Below, in pieces: positions 1 through 13,400 of a stretch of DNA of 64,000 nt. The notes beneath the pieces were generated by a model that saw nothing but the letters and a program-made list of their open reading frames with translations, had not been told where the DNA came from and searched no databases. The stretch lies in the NCBI GenBank assembly GCA_048013815.1, contig CM106585.1:1550001-1614000 (forward strand), given 5' to 3'. The DNA comes from Setoptus koraiensis (taxonomy: Eukaryota; Animalia; Arthropoda). Positions within the stretch are counted from its first letter, which is position 1. Every line of letters starts with the position of its first letter. The position numbers and the translations under genes are program-made.

Positions 1-339
1 TCAGTCGTTTCGGGATCACATCAGTGCCGTATCTCTGGGATATATCTGGGACAGTGCCTCTTGCAGTTGGTTGCAGTGGCAGTGATTTTGACAATAGACT
101 CGAGAGAGCAGATAGTATTAATAAACAAACGAATAAACAAACAAATAAACAGAAACAGAAACATTACACCATTACACTAAACAAATATTTGCTTGACTAT
201 CATTGCTGTTTTCTATTCATTCATGCGCATCTATTTCACGAACGAACTTGGTATCACAATGGCTAGCCTAATGAAATTGTTGCCTAGGTGAGAGTTTATC
301 ATTTGATGTGGTTGTTATTGATGCTGTTGAAACACTTAC

Positions 340-2371
340 AAGAAGCGACCGTCCCTGTAGCCTCCTGTTTCTATTCGGAATTCGGCCTCGTCGCGGGATA
401 TTTTCCCATGGAACCTGATGAGTGAATAGACAAACAAACAATCATTATGACAAGTGAATCATTATCATTATTATATAATACTAATTTGTTCTTTATACAC
501 ACAAAAATATACACATCAACACAACCTTTGCATAAGAGTTTGCCTAGTGTAAGTATTAACAGACAAAGACTCTTTGATTGTTGTGGATTAATCGTGCCAA
601 TCAACTTACCATGGCTGAAACTCGTGCAAACTTTTGTATATCAGTGTACGGATGGTCTCATTGTTGAGCGTTGTAGCTATCGCCGTTCCGCCCAGACTGG
701 TGCTGCCACAACCATCGGATTGCGGACCCATTGATAGTGGCAGTCCATTGTTTGAAACTGAATTGGGGCCGTTTCCATTACAAATACCATTATTATTATT
801 ATTATTATTATTTGCACTGCTAACTAAACAACCATTATTTGAAACAGCTACTCCTGACACCGCTAATGATGCTTGACCATCAGAGAGGCCTAATTGATTG
901 TTGTTGATTCCAATGGCGGAATCACCATTAGTAGTTTGTACGCCCAATTGCGAGGCAAAACCCCATTGTTTAGCTTTAATTATTATGGCTAAACGTATCT
1001 GGTCAACGCTCAATCCCCAAAATGTTGGCGGCAAAATAAGTGAATCCAGATTTTGTCTATTAATGGCATAGTTGGGCTTAATAGCTAAACCTTCGGCTTT
1101 GTCAATTAATTCATCTATGGTAAGATATTTCTCATCGCTTAATTGGGATCCATGCAATGTGACAAAGCCATCGTCTGTTTTTAAGATTTTATAATGTAAC
1201 ACAGTTTGTTGGTGGCACAAAGACAAAACAAAATCATCATTCAATCCACTGCTCCTCAATAGATATGAACCGTCTAGGCAACCACGTGATTTTAATATCC
1301 ACTCTGCAGTCTCGCGAGCTATATTGCCAAAATAGTATCCTATTAATTGATTGCTATTGTTTAAAACAGTTAAATTATCTGCGTGAATGTTATTGTTGTT
1401 GTTTGAGTTGCAAGTGACAATAATTTCATCATTATTGTTGTTGCTATTTGTAATACTATTTACTAAAGCCACTGTATTATCAACTGATCGTTGCTGATTA
1501 CATGTATTATCCGATTTCCTATTGGCCAATTCATCGAGATACTCTTTGTTAGGCGCTATACCATTCAAATTTATATTATCCGTTGATGGGTCAATCTGGT
1601 CAGTTAACTCATTGAAGGGACTCAGTATTGAATTAGCATTAGTATGGCCAGCGAGATCAGTGTCAAACGAATCAATATCTAATAATGTCTGTTCCAATTG
1701 ATCCGTTTTAGCTGTGCAATCCGATTTTTGTTGTTGATTGCAATTATTGTAGCCGTTGGCTGAACTCAATTTCAAACTTTGCTGCTGTTGACTACTTGGC
1801 GGCATAGATTTTGTGCTTCTTATAAGAGGCATTCCGCCTGCAAACAATTGCTGAAATTGTCGCTGCGAAGGTGGCGGTGGTGGGGGCATATTGATGGCTG
1901 ATTGTTGCATCGACTGACTATGGCTGGGCTGTTGGAAGTTGCTACAACTACCTGACTGATTTGTTTGTTGATAATATTTGGCATTATTGTGTAATGTAGA
2001 TAAATCGTCGGATATACCGGTATTATTATTTTGATCTATCAATGATGACGACAACTGCTGGTCAGCTTGCGAATGGATATTCTTATTGAATTTTGGAGCT
2101 GCGACATTATTATTACTATTAGTATTGTTATTATTGTTAGTGTGATTGTTTAGATTGTGTAGTGTGTTGTTGAGATTGAACAGGTGCCGTTGTTGTTGCT
2201 CGAATGTGCTTGTCATGGAGCGCGTGGATGCCGTGGATAAACAAGAGGATAGACATCTGTTATCAACCAAGGATGAATTAATGGCTGACGAACCGGAAGA
2301 GGCCGATGATACTGTGGAAATAGATGAGGCTTCTGATGCGGCCGATGAAGACGAAGAAGAAGTGGATGACG
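340..2371 (-). CDS. SYK: SYK/ZAP70-family tandem-SH2 protein (probable tyrosine kinase), partial at both ends
   Basis: Exon 610..>=2371 is open up to the N-gap. It encodes an SH2 (YYFGNIARETAEWILKSRGCLDGSYLLRSS...VLSLCHQQTVLHYKI) and a SYK-like interdomain A (QIRLAIIIKAKQWG...IRTLIYKSLHEFQPW). Donor TG|GTAAGT at 610/609 and acceptor CAG|G at 415/414 give exon 340-414, WFHGKISRDEAEFRIETGGYRDGRFL, the start of the second SH2, ending in TT|GTAAGT. No ankyrin repeats lie between the SH2s, unlike Shark. The kinase domain is not in the window. Confidence 0.8.
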
Positions 2372-2871
2372 NNNNNNNNNNNNNNNNNNNNNNNNNNNNN
2401 NNNNNNNNNNNNNNNNNNNNNNNNNNNNNNNNNNNNNNNNNNNNNNNNNNNNNNNNNNNNNNNNNNNNNNNNNNNNNNNNNNNNNNNNNNNNNNNNNNNN
2501 NNNNNNNNNNNNNNNNNNNNNNNNNNNNNNNNNNNNNNNNNNNNNNNNNNNNNNNNNNNNNNNNNNNNNNNNNNNNNNNNNNNNNNNNNNNNNNNNNNNN
2601 NNNNNNNNNNNNNNNNNNNNNNNNNNNNNNNNNNNNNNNNNNNNNNNNNNNNNNNNNNNNNNNNNNNNNNNNNNNNNNNNNNNNNNNNNNNNNNNNNNNN
2701 NNNNNNNNNNNNNNNNNNNNNNNNNNNNNNNNNNNNNNNNNNNNNNNNNNNNNNNNNNNNNNNNNNNNNNNNNNNNNNNNNNNNNNNNNNNNNNNNNNNN
2801 NNNNNNNNNNNNNNNNNNNNNNNNNNNNNNNNNNNNNNNNNNNNNNNNNNNNNNNNNNNNNNNNNNNNNNN
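2372..2871. other. Scaffold gap (500 N, nominal length)
   Basis: Run of N with the same length as the second gap, so it is a placeholder. Confidence 0.99.
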
Positions 2872-2939
2872 GACTGACAAGGTAAACCCTTTTACGGATG
2901 ACGGCGATTCCAACGGTAGGAATCCAACCTGACTCTGGC

Positions 2940-3503
2940 CTAACTGAACTTGTCCTTAAGGGATGGCGAAGGTTTGTTCATGTGATAACAATACACTGTA
3001 TTCCACACGAGCGCTGCTCCTGATCCGAACAAAACTCTGTATTTTAGAGATATGAAGTAAAAGTTAATAACGGAAACAAATGGCCAGAAACAATAATTTA
3101 ACTTCAATATTTTGAAATATGATCTTCTGAGTTCCTCCTTTGCTCCTTGTATTTCATGTGTTCTCAGTAAGCTCAAAGTGGTAATGTTGCCGCCCACTAA
3201 TAGGGGAGATCCTATCATTTGGTCAACTAAGAACTTCTTTGCTACTACTCTTACAGAATGAGTTGATCCAAACAGCTTATCGAGAAGAACTAACCAAGAT
3301 CTCACTGCCGGCCCAACAAACAATAAACCAGACAAACTGAATGTGAGAGTTCTCCTTGCATCGAATTTGTTATTCTTTTGTATTAGTTTCTGTGTTATAA
3401 TATCACTCGTGGTCATGAATGTACAGGTGGTAAAGACGTTTGTAACAAATGGTCGCTTATGTAGAAGCTCAATATAAATTTTGAATATATTGTATGATGC
3501 CAT
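2940..3503 (-). CDS. MPV17: Mpv17/PMP22-family membrane protein, intronless, ~187 aa
   Basis: LHKRPFVTNVFTTCTFMTTSDIITQ, DARRTLTF..GLLFVGP, KKFLVDQMIGSP, LNYCFWPFVSVINFYFISLKYRV..ALVWNTVY match the Mpv17 family pattern. ATG at 3503. Confidence 0.85.
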   Translation of the reverse strand: MASYNIFKIYIELLHKRPFVTNVFTTCTFMTTSDIITQKLIQKNNKFDARRTLTFSLSGLLFVGPAVRSWLVLLDKLFGSTHSVRVVAKKFLVDQMIGSPLLVGGNITTLSLLRTHEIQGAKEELRRSYFKILKLNYCFWPFVSVINFYFISLKYRVLFGSGAALVWNTVYCYHMNKPSPSLKDKFS

Positions 3504-4069
3504 CTTATAGTTGTTTATATAATGTAATTTATATTTAATGTATTTGATGATCAATCGACCGGTGGAATTGCCGCTTGATCTCCCTATATCCTAGCACATG
3601 GATTCCTGTAGATCACCCAATTCAATCTTTGAGCCATGATATCTAGATTGTAAAAAATTGATATACTGTTGACCTAATACTATCGTACATATTTGGTGTA
3701 AGGTATCATAAGAAAATGCCGATAGATGGACTGGAAAAAAATATCCATGATTTTAGTATCTCTCCATCATATGCACATGAAGGTACACAGGCTACATCTG
3801 TCTGCTGTGCTATTTTCAAGAACATGGCAATATACTGACATTGGTATACTACGATATGTAAACAAAACTGTATAAATGAACACGTGATTGAGTGTAGTGT
3901 AGTGCATTTGTCTGATATGCTGGTAATATTGTTGTTATTTTATTAGTTAAAATTCTTTCATGGACACATTGACAAACTTTGGAGAATCAGCTCGAATGTG
4001 CAAAACATAAAGTCCGAGACTATTTCGCTCTTATCAAATGTTTTCATTTGTGATGATCTCACGCGATCA

Positions 4070-4696
4070 TCAGTACAGATTTACGAAATCAAAGAATTTA
4101 AATAGTCCATAACCAATCATGATGGTATTTGGGAATAAAGTTAGCGCCATTCCAAAGGATCTATATTTCGGATATCCAAAATAGAAGGCAACTCTTCCTA
4201 TAAACTGGACAACATTAATTGCGGGTATCATCGTCAATGCTATCGAATTGCTTGTGTATGACAAAACCACGATTTGAGCAAACAACGAGATAAAGATTTG
4301 TTCAACACTGTTGGTTAGTACTCTATTCACTATCTCGACATTTTTGTTCGGTGGTGTTGCAATTGGATTTGAGGCATTATTGGTAACACGGGCATATATA
4401 ACCAAATAAACATTGATTGTGAGCCATAAAATAAGAAGATACTGATATCTAGCAGCATAACAAACTCTCCTCATGAAAGTATCCACTTTTTCTTCGTTCA
4501 TTTCGTCGGGATATAGTTTCAGGATTTTGTTGTATGCCAGCACGAAAATTATCGACATGAAAACAAAACCAGTTGCTATAGACGCGGCTACTAATTTGAA
4601 GAATTTCTTCCAGATGTCTTCTGGCTGCGAAGAGGCCTGGGGGCAACGTAGTTCGGCCTGCTGGCATGGTTGGCATGGATCTACCTGGCAATTCAT
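4070..4696 (-). CDS. TMEM79: TMEM79-like (MAPEG-fold) membrane protein, intronless, 208 aa
   Basis: Several hydrophobic helices. NRVLTNSVEQIFISLFAQIVVLSY...IPAINVVQFIGRVAFYFGY.KYRSFGMALTLFP resembles the TMEM79 C-terminal half. Confidence 0.65.
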   Translation of the reverse strand: MNCQVDPCQPCQQAELRCPQASSQPEDIWKKFFKLVAASIATGFVFMSIIFVLAYNKILKLYPDEMNEEKVDTFMRRVCYAARYQYLLILWLTINVYLVIYARVTNNASNPIATPPNKNVEIVNRVLTNSVEQIFISLFAQIVVLSYTSNSIALTMIPAINVVQFIGRVAFYFGYPKYRSFGMALTLFPNTIMIGYGLFKFFDFVNLY

Positions 4697-5219
4697 GAGG
4701 CTTTTCTTGAGATTGGGTTCACTGTAAGATTTTTCGATATTTGTTTTGTGTACCTTGTGTAGTTGTTACAAAATTATGAAGGTATCTCTGACTTTTTTGA
4801 TGGATAGTCGCTCATAAGTCCGATCGCAGATACGAATTGAGGACTGAGTTGATGCTGTCTTCAAATAAATACTATGATTCCAAGGCTACTTCTTGAATTT
4901 TGGCGTATAAGGTGAACCGTTCAAAAGTTATTAGCCACACGAAGATGCTAAGGCGAACAATTACAGTGGGAAAAAGTTGTGAATTTTTGTTGCAAGACCA
5001 CTAGAGTCGTGTCGATTTGATTCATAGAAGTTATCTCGGGCAAAATACGGTATGAATGGGCCGGTCTTAGATTTGAATTATGATTTTTGCTTTTTTAGAA
5101 TTCTGACGTGTTCATTTTAAGAATATGCATTGTTGTTGTTTCATGACAAAAAGCATTAAACAAATGGTTATTATTGGTAAAAACAAAGAACTCGTTTCTT
5201 CAATAAATGAACCCTCCAT

Positions 5220-5417
5220 TCATTTAGTATCGATATTTTTAATAACGTGCCAAAGTTTCGGATTGAATAACACCGTAGATTGTGCCAACATTTTTACCCC
5301 TTCATCGAATCGTTGTCCTCTTCGCGGCGATTCAACCTCTTTCAATCTCGACTGTATTCTGTTGCTGACTTGATATCTGGATGCGAAAAATAACAATTTG
5401 TGTGCGAAGTTACTCAT
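5220..5417 (-). CDS. Possible 65-aa microprotein of unknown function
   Basis: AAAATG start context after an AT-rich leader. The ORF is MSNFAHKLLFFASRYQVSNRIQSRLKEVESPRRGQRFDEGVKMLAQSTVLFNPKLWHVIKNIDTK. No family recognised. Confidence 0.3.
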   Translation of the reverse strand: MSNFAHKLLFFASRYQVSNRIQSRLKEVESPRRGQRFDEGVKMLAQSTVLFNPKLWHVIKNIDTK

Positions 5418-7952
5418 TTTATAGCTAAATACTATATAATAATTATATAATAATGATATAATAATAGTCAATAGAAACTAGTAATCATAACCAATTTAAT
5501 AATTAAATACACGGAACGGCGTTGTTTGTGATCGATTCAATGTACTGTTGCGTGTAGTGCATTCAAACGGTCGTGCTGATTATTGGAAAAAACCGTTAAA
5601 AGCCAACAGAAGAGCAGCGAATGTATGGCGCGAAAGTAACTACTGAAACATTGGTGCAACACTGGCGCACAAGTTTCACCGTAAAACTTCCATACTAGCG
5701 TACAGTTTTAAGCACTTAATTCCGTGTCTCGATATTTCAACAGTTTCATTGGACGTTATCTAAAATGTTTCAAGACTTTTCGTGTTGAGTCATTAGGTAA
5801 ATTGCTCAAATGATTACCCAATATTCAAAAGAATGCGATTAAATGGACGTGGATTATGAGCATGGAATATGGGGGCAATAACGAATAATTCCTAATGCTT
5901 GACCATTGAGGAAGACCTTGGGCTCTTTCATTTTTGCACGACAATTTCAGCATTGTTAATGGAGAAACTGTGGGTGAATGCTGCGAAAACAGATAGCTAG
6001 GGGAGAGGAAAGGCCAATCCGGGTTTGGAACATGGCAAAGTTTGTTTGTGAGAATCAAACATTGTCAGGCACAGAAAGGTAAGCGCTGATTCGGCGAACA
6101 GCTTGACAATACTGTTACAAGGAGCACGTAAGAAGCTTTTATCTAATCTCTTGACGCCTTCGAATGGCTAGATTCCTGCGAATGCGTTAATCAGTTTATC
6201 GGGATAGTGTCCGCTAGTTGTTCGCAACTTTTAGCGCTAGCAGTCTAGTTACTAGTAAAGTCGACGGGGCGCCTATGTTGGATAGCGCCCAAATGGTAGT
6301 TGACGAAAAGAGGCGGTAGATGTCACTTTAAACAAGTTCATTGTTGCAATTCATTCTTTCCGTCGTTTTTCTCTGGTCCATGTAGCCCGCTAGCTATCTA
6401 ATCTATTATTCAATTGTTACTACTTAATAGTGCGCAACCCGTTTCGACAAGCTAACATTATTACAACAACTAACAACTAACAGCAACAATATATACACAT
6501 GGAGAAACTTCTTCAACCTCTGATGAAGCCAATCACAAACATTCGCCCGTTTTACTGTTGCAAAATACAAACAGACGGACGGACGCAGAGAGAGGGAGAG
6601 AGCGAGATTTGTGCGAACAATGAATATAACAGACATTTTATTTATCTTCATGTGTATATCTTATTAAAACGCCCTTGCCCTGTACTATTAGTGTTTACTT
6701 GTACGCTTGTTCGCTGTGCACTACTACCACTTTGTGTGCCTACCACCACCACCACCACCACCACCACCGCCACCATTACCATTGCCAGTACCACTACAAC
6801 CATCGTAACCACCTCCACATACAGTTTCCATGGTGTGTATCGCTGTGAATGTGAGTGTGTGCACCCCCTCCAATGGAATAGAGGGGTTAGCATTGGTTGT
6901 ACCTTAACAACAGTACAGCTCTGTTCAGTGGTGGCAAGTCGAACTTTACCCTAACACAAGCTTTCGGAACAATGTGGGGGTGGGCACACACACACACACA
7001 CACACACTCGCAGCATAGTATATGCTGAGCATGGAGCGGTGAATGCGCGACTTTAGCTAAAGCGCACTATTCTGCTACACAACATGTAATGCATTAGAAG
7101 CATATAATGCCCAGCATAATGGTAGATTTTGTTGAAGCAGTGGCAGCAGCAGCGGCGGTAGCAGTAGCATAGGCATGAGTGGAAAGAATCGAATTTATTG
7201 GTGGATGGACTCGAGAAAACGCGCATATAAAATTTTGCTCTCACTCTTGTTCTTTCCCCCTTTCCCTTAAACAATTGTTTTAAAAACCACTGTAATTGTA
7301 TTGACCTGATCTTTCGCCCCCCCCCTGCCCCCTGATAAATCCCCTTTTTTGATCATCGTCGTCATCGTCTGATTGGATCATATCACTCTCGCTTCTGCAC
7401 TGGATGCTACCGCCACCAACTTGTCTCGATCATTCGATATTTCAAGCACACACACAAGCAAGCGACACAGACACGCACACACAGACACACGTACAAGCAA
7501 GCGAACTTTAGCTAGTGGTGGTTAGATAGAGTTGAGCACAACACAGATACATTCAATGTCGCCAAATATGTAAACACATCGTGCTACTGTACGCATTGTG
7601 GAACAATTATATAAACGCCATTACTATTGCTACTATTATTATTATCATTATCATCATTATTACTATTATCATTATATTATTACTATTATATCATCGTAAT
7701 CACGACCATTATTATCGTCGTTAAAAATTCCATCATTGTTATTATGACCAGCGTCTTTATTTGAAATTTTCGTAAACAATTATCATTACCATGAGTAACC
7801 ATTGTCACCATCAGCCAAACACATGAAGTCTCAAACGAATCCATGGCCAGATAGATCACATTAGATAATATGTATTTGATACCACTATTTTGTTATCACT
7901 AACTGAGGGACAAGCAAGAAAAACAGAGGCCAACAGGGCCCACAGTCTAATC

Positions 7953-10398
7953 ATGTCAACTGCACAACCAGCAAGTGCGCAACAACCACAACAACAATTA
8001 TCAGCAACCACAACAGCAGCAGCAACAACCAATCATAGCGATAATAGTAGGAGGATTCTCATGAAGAATCAACTGTATCTCATAGAACAACTGCAAGTGG
8101 AGAATGCAAATCTTAGGTGCGAACGGGATTCGTTGCAATTGGAAAACGAAGAGCTCAAATTTCAGTTACAAATGATCAAACAATGCAGGTAAGTCCGTGC
8201 ACTATGGCACACACATATCACAATCATTCATAAACGCACAAATTCATATAATTATATTCGCCAAATTTGCTGCTCGAGTGCCATTGTTGTTCATATCTAG
8301 CCAACTGTCTCATCGATGAAAAATTGATCATTGACCATAAGTGGACCAATGACTTTTACGCAACGTTTCAACGTATGCCAGTATGAAATGAGCGCGCGCT
8401 TTGCGCGTCCACTCACCAAATACATATCGCACGTATACTCGTAATGATAGTACACTATTCACATGTGTACATCACAACTATAGTTGATTATATTGCGAAC
8501 AACAGTGATAAGTGCTACAAATAATAATAGCCCTTGCAAACAATACTTCGGCCAACATTTCGGCCAGTTGTATATGGTCAATTTGTGTTGCTTGGTCAAG
8601 CTGAGCTGACATGAACAGAAATCAAGAGAGCGTAGCAAGCATTGCCATTGGTTACCACAATTGATATTGACACAGCTGTCGATTTTCGACGCAACTACTA
8701 GTATTCTTGTTTATCACACTAATACACACACATGCACACACCAAAACACATCAGAGGATATATCATCGGTTACATTCGAATTACAATCATGATTCGGCGT
8801 CCATCAATCATGTGGTAAGGGGCGCGTATTCATTATTGAACGACATAATGGTCATTTTTGCATTCTCGGATGATTTTAGTTTTAGAAGCAGGCTAGCCCT
8901 GCAAACATTTGCATTTATTAGATCAGCCTAATAGTTTCCTCCCTTTTACCATTTCAACCCAGCACAATCATCCATGATGATGTCACGGTGGTGCAATTGT
9001 CAGTTACCATACTTGGGTGCCACTGCTGGTGGTATATTTAATGTATACTGGGCGCATGTGGTGTCCAATATGAACTATGTTCATGGTAATTAGCCACTAG
9101 TTTACTCAATATGGTCCATTCATCATCAATCAATTTCACTTTTAAACCATTATGACCGTTGACTTATTAGACTTAAATATAATCCAAACAAACAAGTTGA
9201 GTATAGAATCCAGTTGACATCTACCACATAGCGGCCACTTTCTTAATATGTGCATGAACTCCACAATATTCAAATTAAATTCAAATACATGAGGGCTAAC
9301 TCAACATGCTCATTATTATTCCTAATTCCCTAACCCATGTCATTCACATTGAAACATTAGCGCCTACACACCGCAGTCACCTTTGCAACCAATGCAGGCC
9401 TAACGCCAGGTGGCTCTTGCAACAGGTCAGCGACATATGTTCATTGTTAAGCCCTTTCAAGTAGATCCTTAGTTTGACTATCAATCATAATCATTTCCAA
9501 CATCTGCTAGAGCAACCATGTCAATGCAATTCAATTGACATTTATGTCACGAATCCCTCGCAAGAATTTGCTATGCATGAGATATTCAAAATTTCGATTG
9601 GGAAAGTTACGATTGCTTTTCTTTTCATACTGAATCGCAACGAGTTGCCAATTGTGTTCATCATCGAAACTATTACAAAATACTAATCGACTATTGATTA
9701 ACTTACATGTCAGTTGTAAGTTTCACCAGGTGACCACAATGGGCGGTTGTAGCGAGCTGATATCCAAAGCTGAAAAATTCAACATCTTTAGTGATTGCAG
9801 TGGATTAGAAATGTATGGGTTATAACTTATAAGCCAGCATTCTAAATAATCTATCAATCGCGATAGAAAGTCTTCCATAACTGGACTCTCTCTTCCTCTC
9901 TGCCGAAGCTACTTTCTATTTCCTTTGGAAACGATAAACTAGCGATTTGGCAGGTGATTCCAGCCACAGACCAGACGAGCCTTTGTATGAGTATCCTTTT
10001 CTCTTCCTCGATTCAAGCTGAATTTCTGATTCTCGCATGAAACAATTTAAAAATTAATAATAGCTTGGAGCCAGATTTCATATGAAATTCGATAAAAAAC
10101 TTGAATCACTTTTTCCCTTTAGCCATATAGGGTGTTTCTCGTCGAGTGATCACTCAATTTTAGCCGTGATACTGTGATAATTCCAAGATTTTATCCGCAG
10201 AAACTCCTCAATGCCAGATGTTTTTCTTTCTGACTTTACACCAGTCAGAGGAGAGAACTGTCAAATGCATGCCAGAAATGATGTCACATCACGTCACCCA
10301 AGTAGGATTAACTCTTTAGAAAAGATTTTGATCTCGACAGGTGATATCAACATGAAGATATTAATCTTTTCTTTATTATCTTTCTTCACGATGCAGGC

Positions 10399-10440
<42 letters not shown>

Positions 10441-13400
10441 AAAGAAAGAAAGGAAAAAAAGAACAATCAAGTTATTGTTGTTGTTTCTGTTTTATTTTTT
10501 GTTCATTCCAGGCCGATCAACTTTGTTCATACTTCATACGGTTGAACGAACAATAAGTAGTTATCGGTTAAACTAGAAAAAAAACAGACAATTTTGTTTT
10601 CATATTGTCTATTTATCTAGGTTAGTGTGGACCCACACCAAACAAAAGTATTTTTATTGCTATCTAATTGATTATTATCATGCAGTCTATTTGCGATGTA
10701 GCATGGATATTAAGCGATACATTAGTGGCGAGTGGAAGTTACCTAATACTATTCAGCATGGGGCCATATTGAATCCTTGATTGTTTTCAGTCTCTACGGG
10801 GAGTTCGGGAGACGTTTGAGACTTTTGATCAAATAACAATAGTATCTTTGAGTTTCGGTGTGTGTAGAGATATGAGATTGAGCTGATTACTCTATCGTCA
10901 CATCAGCAGCCTTTCCTTCATTGAGGTGTATATTTTGTAAAAGGGCGCCGGAACTGAAGACTTAAGTCTAGATGGAAGGAAAGAATTTCTGAGATCACAA
11001 TCTTATTGTAAACTTAGAAATAACTTTATGAGAGGTGTAATAAAGATGAATGAGTGAACGCAACATGCTCCTTAACATACGTTCCCACACTTCGTGAACC
11101 TGAATCTCGGTGAATATTGAACTTGCTCAAGTTAACTAATCTCATTATATCGATTGATATGTTCCTGTATTTTATATTTTTATCAACTTATTCACTATCA
11201 AGTTCTTCGTTTATTATCAAGCAAGAACAACGACGCCAAGAACTAGAAATATATAACAACACTCAGCAACAACAACAACAGCAACTGCATTTGATACAAC
11301 AACAAGACTCATGCCCAAATCATGATAGTAATGCAGTTCTTGTTGTTGAGGACGGACAATCAACAGCTACAACAACTCCAATGCAGACAACAGCAATCAT
11401 TCAACAGAGACAGCAACAAAGGCTGGACAACAAAATTAGCGATTGTATTGATACAGTAGTATCAAGTACGGATGTTAGTTGTGGAATGATCAGTAACAAC
11501 AACAACAGCTCAGTTACAAATCATTATGACGATCATGATTTTAACAAGTTATTACATCACAACACTGTTGTAACAACTTCTTCTAGCAAGCAACAGCAAC
11601 AGTCTATCTCGCAACAGGTACAAGCCCCACAATCAAGGAGATTGGTCAATCATCACCATAGTGCGTATCCGCAAATAGTGGATCAGGATACTTTGGAACG
11701 TCGTGGCGGAGCGACCAATTATGAACTGTCACAATATCTTTTAGACAAGAGAATAGCCCTAGTGGAACGTCAGTGAGTATCTCTCTTCTAATCTCTATTC
11801 ATTCTCTCACTCACTTTTTAATGGCCCTCCTGTCAAGTTGTTCTGTTTGCCTTTGCACAATCATCTCTGCTTCGTTGCTGTCTATCTCCTTAGGGGAATA
11901 CCTCGGCTTCGTTAGAGTACATTGCCTTCTCTATTGTGCCTGATAACATTGACATGTATGCCTTATGTGAGTGTGTAAATAGTATAAAGCTTGAAAAGTA
12001 TAGTGTAATTCGTTTAGTTGTTACTTTTGACAGAGCCTTCGGTTTTGCCATGAGATTTTGTATGCGACTTACACACCAACACCAAGGTAGGACAGCCATT
12101 GTCATAATGCTGCCATTGTTGCTTTTGCTAGACCGAATCGAAAGCGATTGCACATCATCGTCGTCACAGTGCCAAGAAACTTGCCAAACTTCACCTGTGT
12201 ATTAATAATATAACAGGTGGTTGGATAAAGGTTTTAGCAACAACAGTGGTAGTAATAACAAATGGAGTTATTGCCGTTGAACTAAAGGCGAAAGTTAATA
12301 ATAGACCAACTATACTGTAGTTATAGTTTGCAATAGTTATGCAACATTTTTTTGTTTGCTCTAGTTGCACTCACATATGAGCACAAGTGATGTCAAGCCT
12401 CATTGAATGTGAGCTTTTGAATGTGCAACACTCTGGGCAAATCGCAAATCCTCTTTGAATGCTCCATAATCACTCACATGCACAGCCAAAACTGCATCAG
12501 TCGCTTATTATCGATACAGACACATGAGATCTTACTCTTTTTAAAGGGATTGACAGCACATAGAATAGAGACACTAACTCTTGTAGAGACAAAGATGAAT
12601 AGAGGCGAACTTGAATCGTGGCGTCGTTGTCTTTTTTTCAGAGAAATAGACAGACAGAGAGAGTATGAGAGGGAAAGAGAGACAGAGAGAGAGAGAGAGG
12701 GAGAAAATAACGGTAAGTACCGTGTGGAAATCTGCCGATGGCTTTGGCTGTAGTTCAAGAAAAAGACGCGAGGGGCGCTCGCATCAGCCAGAAAATGCAT
12801 TGAAAAGCTTGAGGTGTCTCGATAAATGTTGCGTTTTTTCTTGTTTCTTGTTGATTTGTTTTTCGATTGCTCATTCTATCTCACGCATGAAAAATGCGTG
12901 TACAAAAAGCGACCTCGAGAGGTTTTTCCCTGAACTACAGCCAAAGCCATTGGCAGATCTCCACACGGTACATGTTGCGTCGCCTTTTCTTTGGTGTCTC
13001 ACAAGAGCTTCAGTTGTTGTGTAGTAATTGATTACTACTTCAACTTCATAGTTGTTCCATACTGTTGCTCTGTTGCGTAATGGGTCTTCATGATGGACTT
13101 TATCCATCTTCTAGAATGACAAGCTGTTTCGTAATGAAGAACAGTTATAGATTAGAAGGCGCATGAGAAGGAACTAGTCCAACTCTGCCAGTAAATCGCC
13201 ACTCCTAGTTTGATGATGATGTTTCCATTTATCTGAGTGGTTCATCTCTTTCTCAAATTGTCTCATGATTGATGCGATGCCCATGAATCTTCCTGCTCAC
13301 TGTGCTTTTTTTTTCTCTCTGTAATTACACCATATTTACTAATCTGTCCTATCTCTCTTTATTCCTGAAATTTTTCTTTTTGCTAATACAATATTGTGCA

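Noticed and set aside
2146-2932. ORFs of 200-243 aa spanning the first N-gap (e.g. acidic ADEPEEADD...)
   Set aside because: They are artefacts of translating through N. The acidic plus-strand frame is the antisense of the Ser-rich SYK-like N-terminus.
6424-7274. ORFs with poly-T/poly-V or Cys runs
   Set aside because: They derive from (ACC)n and (GCA)n microsatellites in the IQSEC upstream region and have no domain or splice support.
10124-10160. TATAGGGTGTTTCTC resembling a mariner-type TIR start
   Set aside because: No matching opposite end was found in the window; it is at most a solo remnant.
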